From contig NC_047062.1 in assembly GCF_902459465.1 (NCBI RefSeq), positions 10,168,001 to 10,232,000 of the forward strand: a stretch of DNA of 64,000 nucleotides, in the 5' to 3' direction. The stretch is from Asterias rubens (lineage: Eukaryota). This document shows, piece after piece, positions 62,931-64,000 of the stretch. Below the pieces are notes generated by a model, which was given only the letters and a program-made list of their open reading frames with translations, did no database searches and had not been told where the DNA came from. The translations under genes and the position numbers were made by a program. The number at the start of each line of letters is the position of its first letter. Within the stretch, counting starts at the first letter, position 1.

Positions 62931-63156
62931 TACTTTTTACCCAACCTCACCACCCTCGATGTTGTCCTTTGTGTTTCCATATTCTTGCTTGTGGTCAAGC
63001 CAGCCCCTTCCCTTCACCCCCCCCCCTTTTTTGTCCCCCTATTCTTTGTTTACCCCCTGCTTTTTTATGTATGCTTTCTAACCCCATTCATGTATTTCCA
63101 CTTCACTGCTTATGTTTCACTTAGTTACCTGTTCATGTTTGTTGTGTTGTCATTTA

Positions 63157-63195
63157 GCCTTCGAGAAAGACTCTGCTAGGGTCGAAACGTCAGGC
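63157..63195 (+). ncRNA. Hammerhead-ribozyme-like motif in the Penelope pLTR (second copy on - strand at 61535-61573)
   Basis: GCCT-TCGAGAAA-GACTC-TGCTA-GGGTC-GAAA-CG-TC-AGGC: helix I, helix II, GAAAC and GUC site present; the CUGANGA box is atypical. Confidence 0.55.
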
Positions 63196-64000
63196 CATTA
63201 ACTATTTTTTGATTTGGTTTTAATCGAAATACCGATATATTGCGATACTTTATTGATATCGCGATACTTAATCGATATTGCAGCTGCGCAAGTCTGTTAG
63301 TGTTAGTGTTACTGCTGACAAAGGGTTTTGTATATCTCCCGTGACCTTTTGACAATACCCGCTGGTATTGTCAAATGGTCACGGGAGTAGACAAATTGCG
63401 TTGTCAGCAGTAACAGACATGCAGGGCTGTAACTCCGAAGTGGCTTATCTATAGTCTGGGGAACTATTTGTTTCACTTTAACCCTAAACTTGAACATCAG
63501 CTTCCTGATTCAATTATCACTGTTTGTTTATACGCTTAATTAAAAATGTTAAGAAACATAAAAAGACACAAAACTAAATAAAAATCAGGGAAAAGTTTAT
63601 GTGTGGCGCCACCAGTTTTTCATTCGATATGAGATAATCTATTTTGCCTCCTCAATGAGAATGAGATATCTCTTTTTGTAAAAATAAGTGAAAAAGTGGT
63701 GGCGCCATTTATATGGAAAGATATAAAGCAAAAATCAGATTTAATCTGAAAGCCAAGAATTATTTTCATTTAGGTAAAATACAAAAGAAACTTCAGTTAT
63801 TGCTGGCTAACGGTCGTAAAACTTTCACCTATCAACGCTGATTTAAAAAGCGTATAGCGTTAAGGAGGCCCAAAATATTAGACCCAGTATAATAAGGCTC
63901 ACTGCTCACGGGGCCTTTTATAGTTTCTAGAAGTAGGGTGTACAGCAACTAGAAAAGTTTTAAAATACACACACTACAGACTAAAGTAAAACGGTTCGTT

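Larger units (their letters stand above)
61456..63209 (-). mobile_element. 5'-truncated Penelope-like element (Neptune-type) with inverted pLTRs
   Basis: Identical 281-bp inverted repeats (61520-61800 and 62930-63210). Flanking 14-bp direct repeat TGATTTGGTTTTAA (61442-55, 63210-23). Internal RT C-terminus plus GIY-YIG ORF. Confidence 0.92.

Overview
Animal (metazoan) genomic DNA with spliced genes and many transposons. The gene content and repeat landscape suggest an echinoderm, probably a sea star; this is an inference and was not tested. Host genes: the 3' two coding exons of a Dispatched-1 orthologue (+); a tandem cluster of single-coding-exon sulfotransferase-like genes (+; two complete, one 5'-truncated); a complete 8-exon hydroxyacid oxidase HAO1 (-) with a tandemly duplicated exon 6; and an 8-exon gene (-), assembled here from splice phases, encoding a ~1395-aa protein with an N-terminal bHLH and a C-terminal HMG box, the MEIOSIN/BHMG1 architecture. 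Mobile DNA: a DIRS1-type tyrosine-recombinase retrotransposon with perfect ITRs/ICR but frameshifted ORFs; a young intact Ty3/Gypsy element with identical 172-bp LTRs; a 5'-truncated Penelope-like element with inverted pLTRs, a 14-bp TSD and a hammerhead-like motif; L2/CR1-type LINE 3' fragments; and many Kolobok-like (TTAA) MITEs, Harbinger-like MITEs and tRNA-related repeats. No rRNA, functional tRNA or CRISPR array was seen. All coordinates, exon phases and alignments were worked out by eye; no database search was run.
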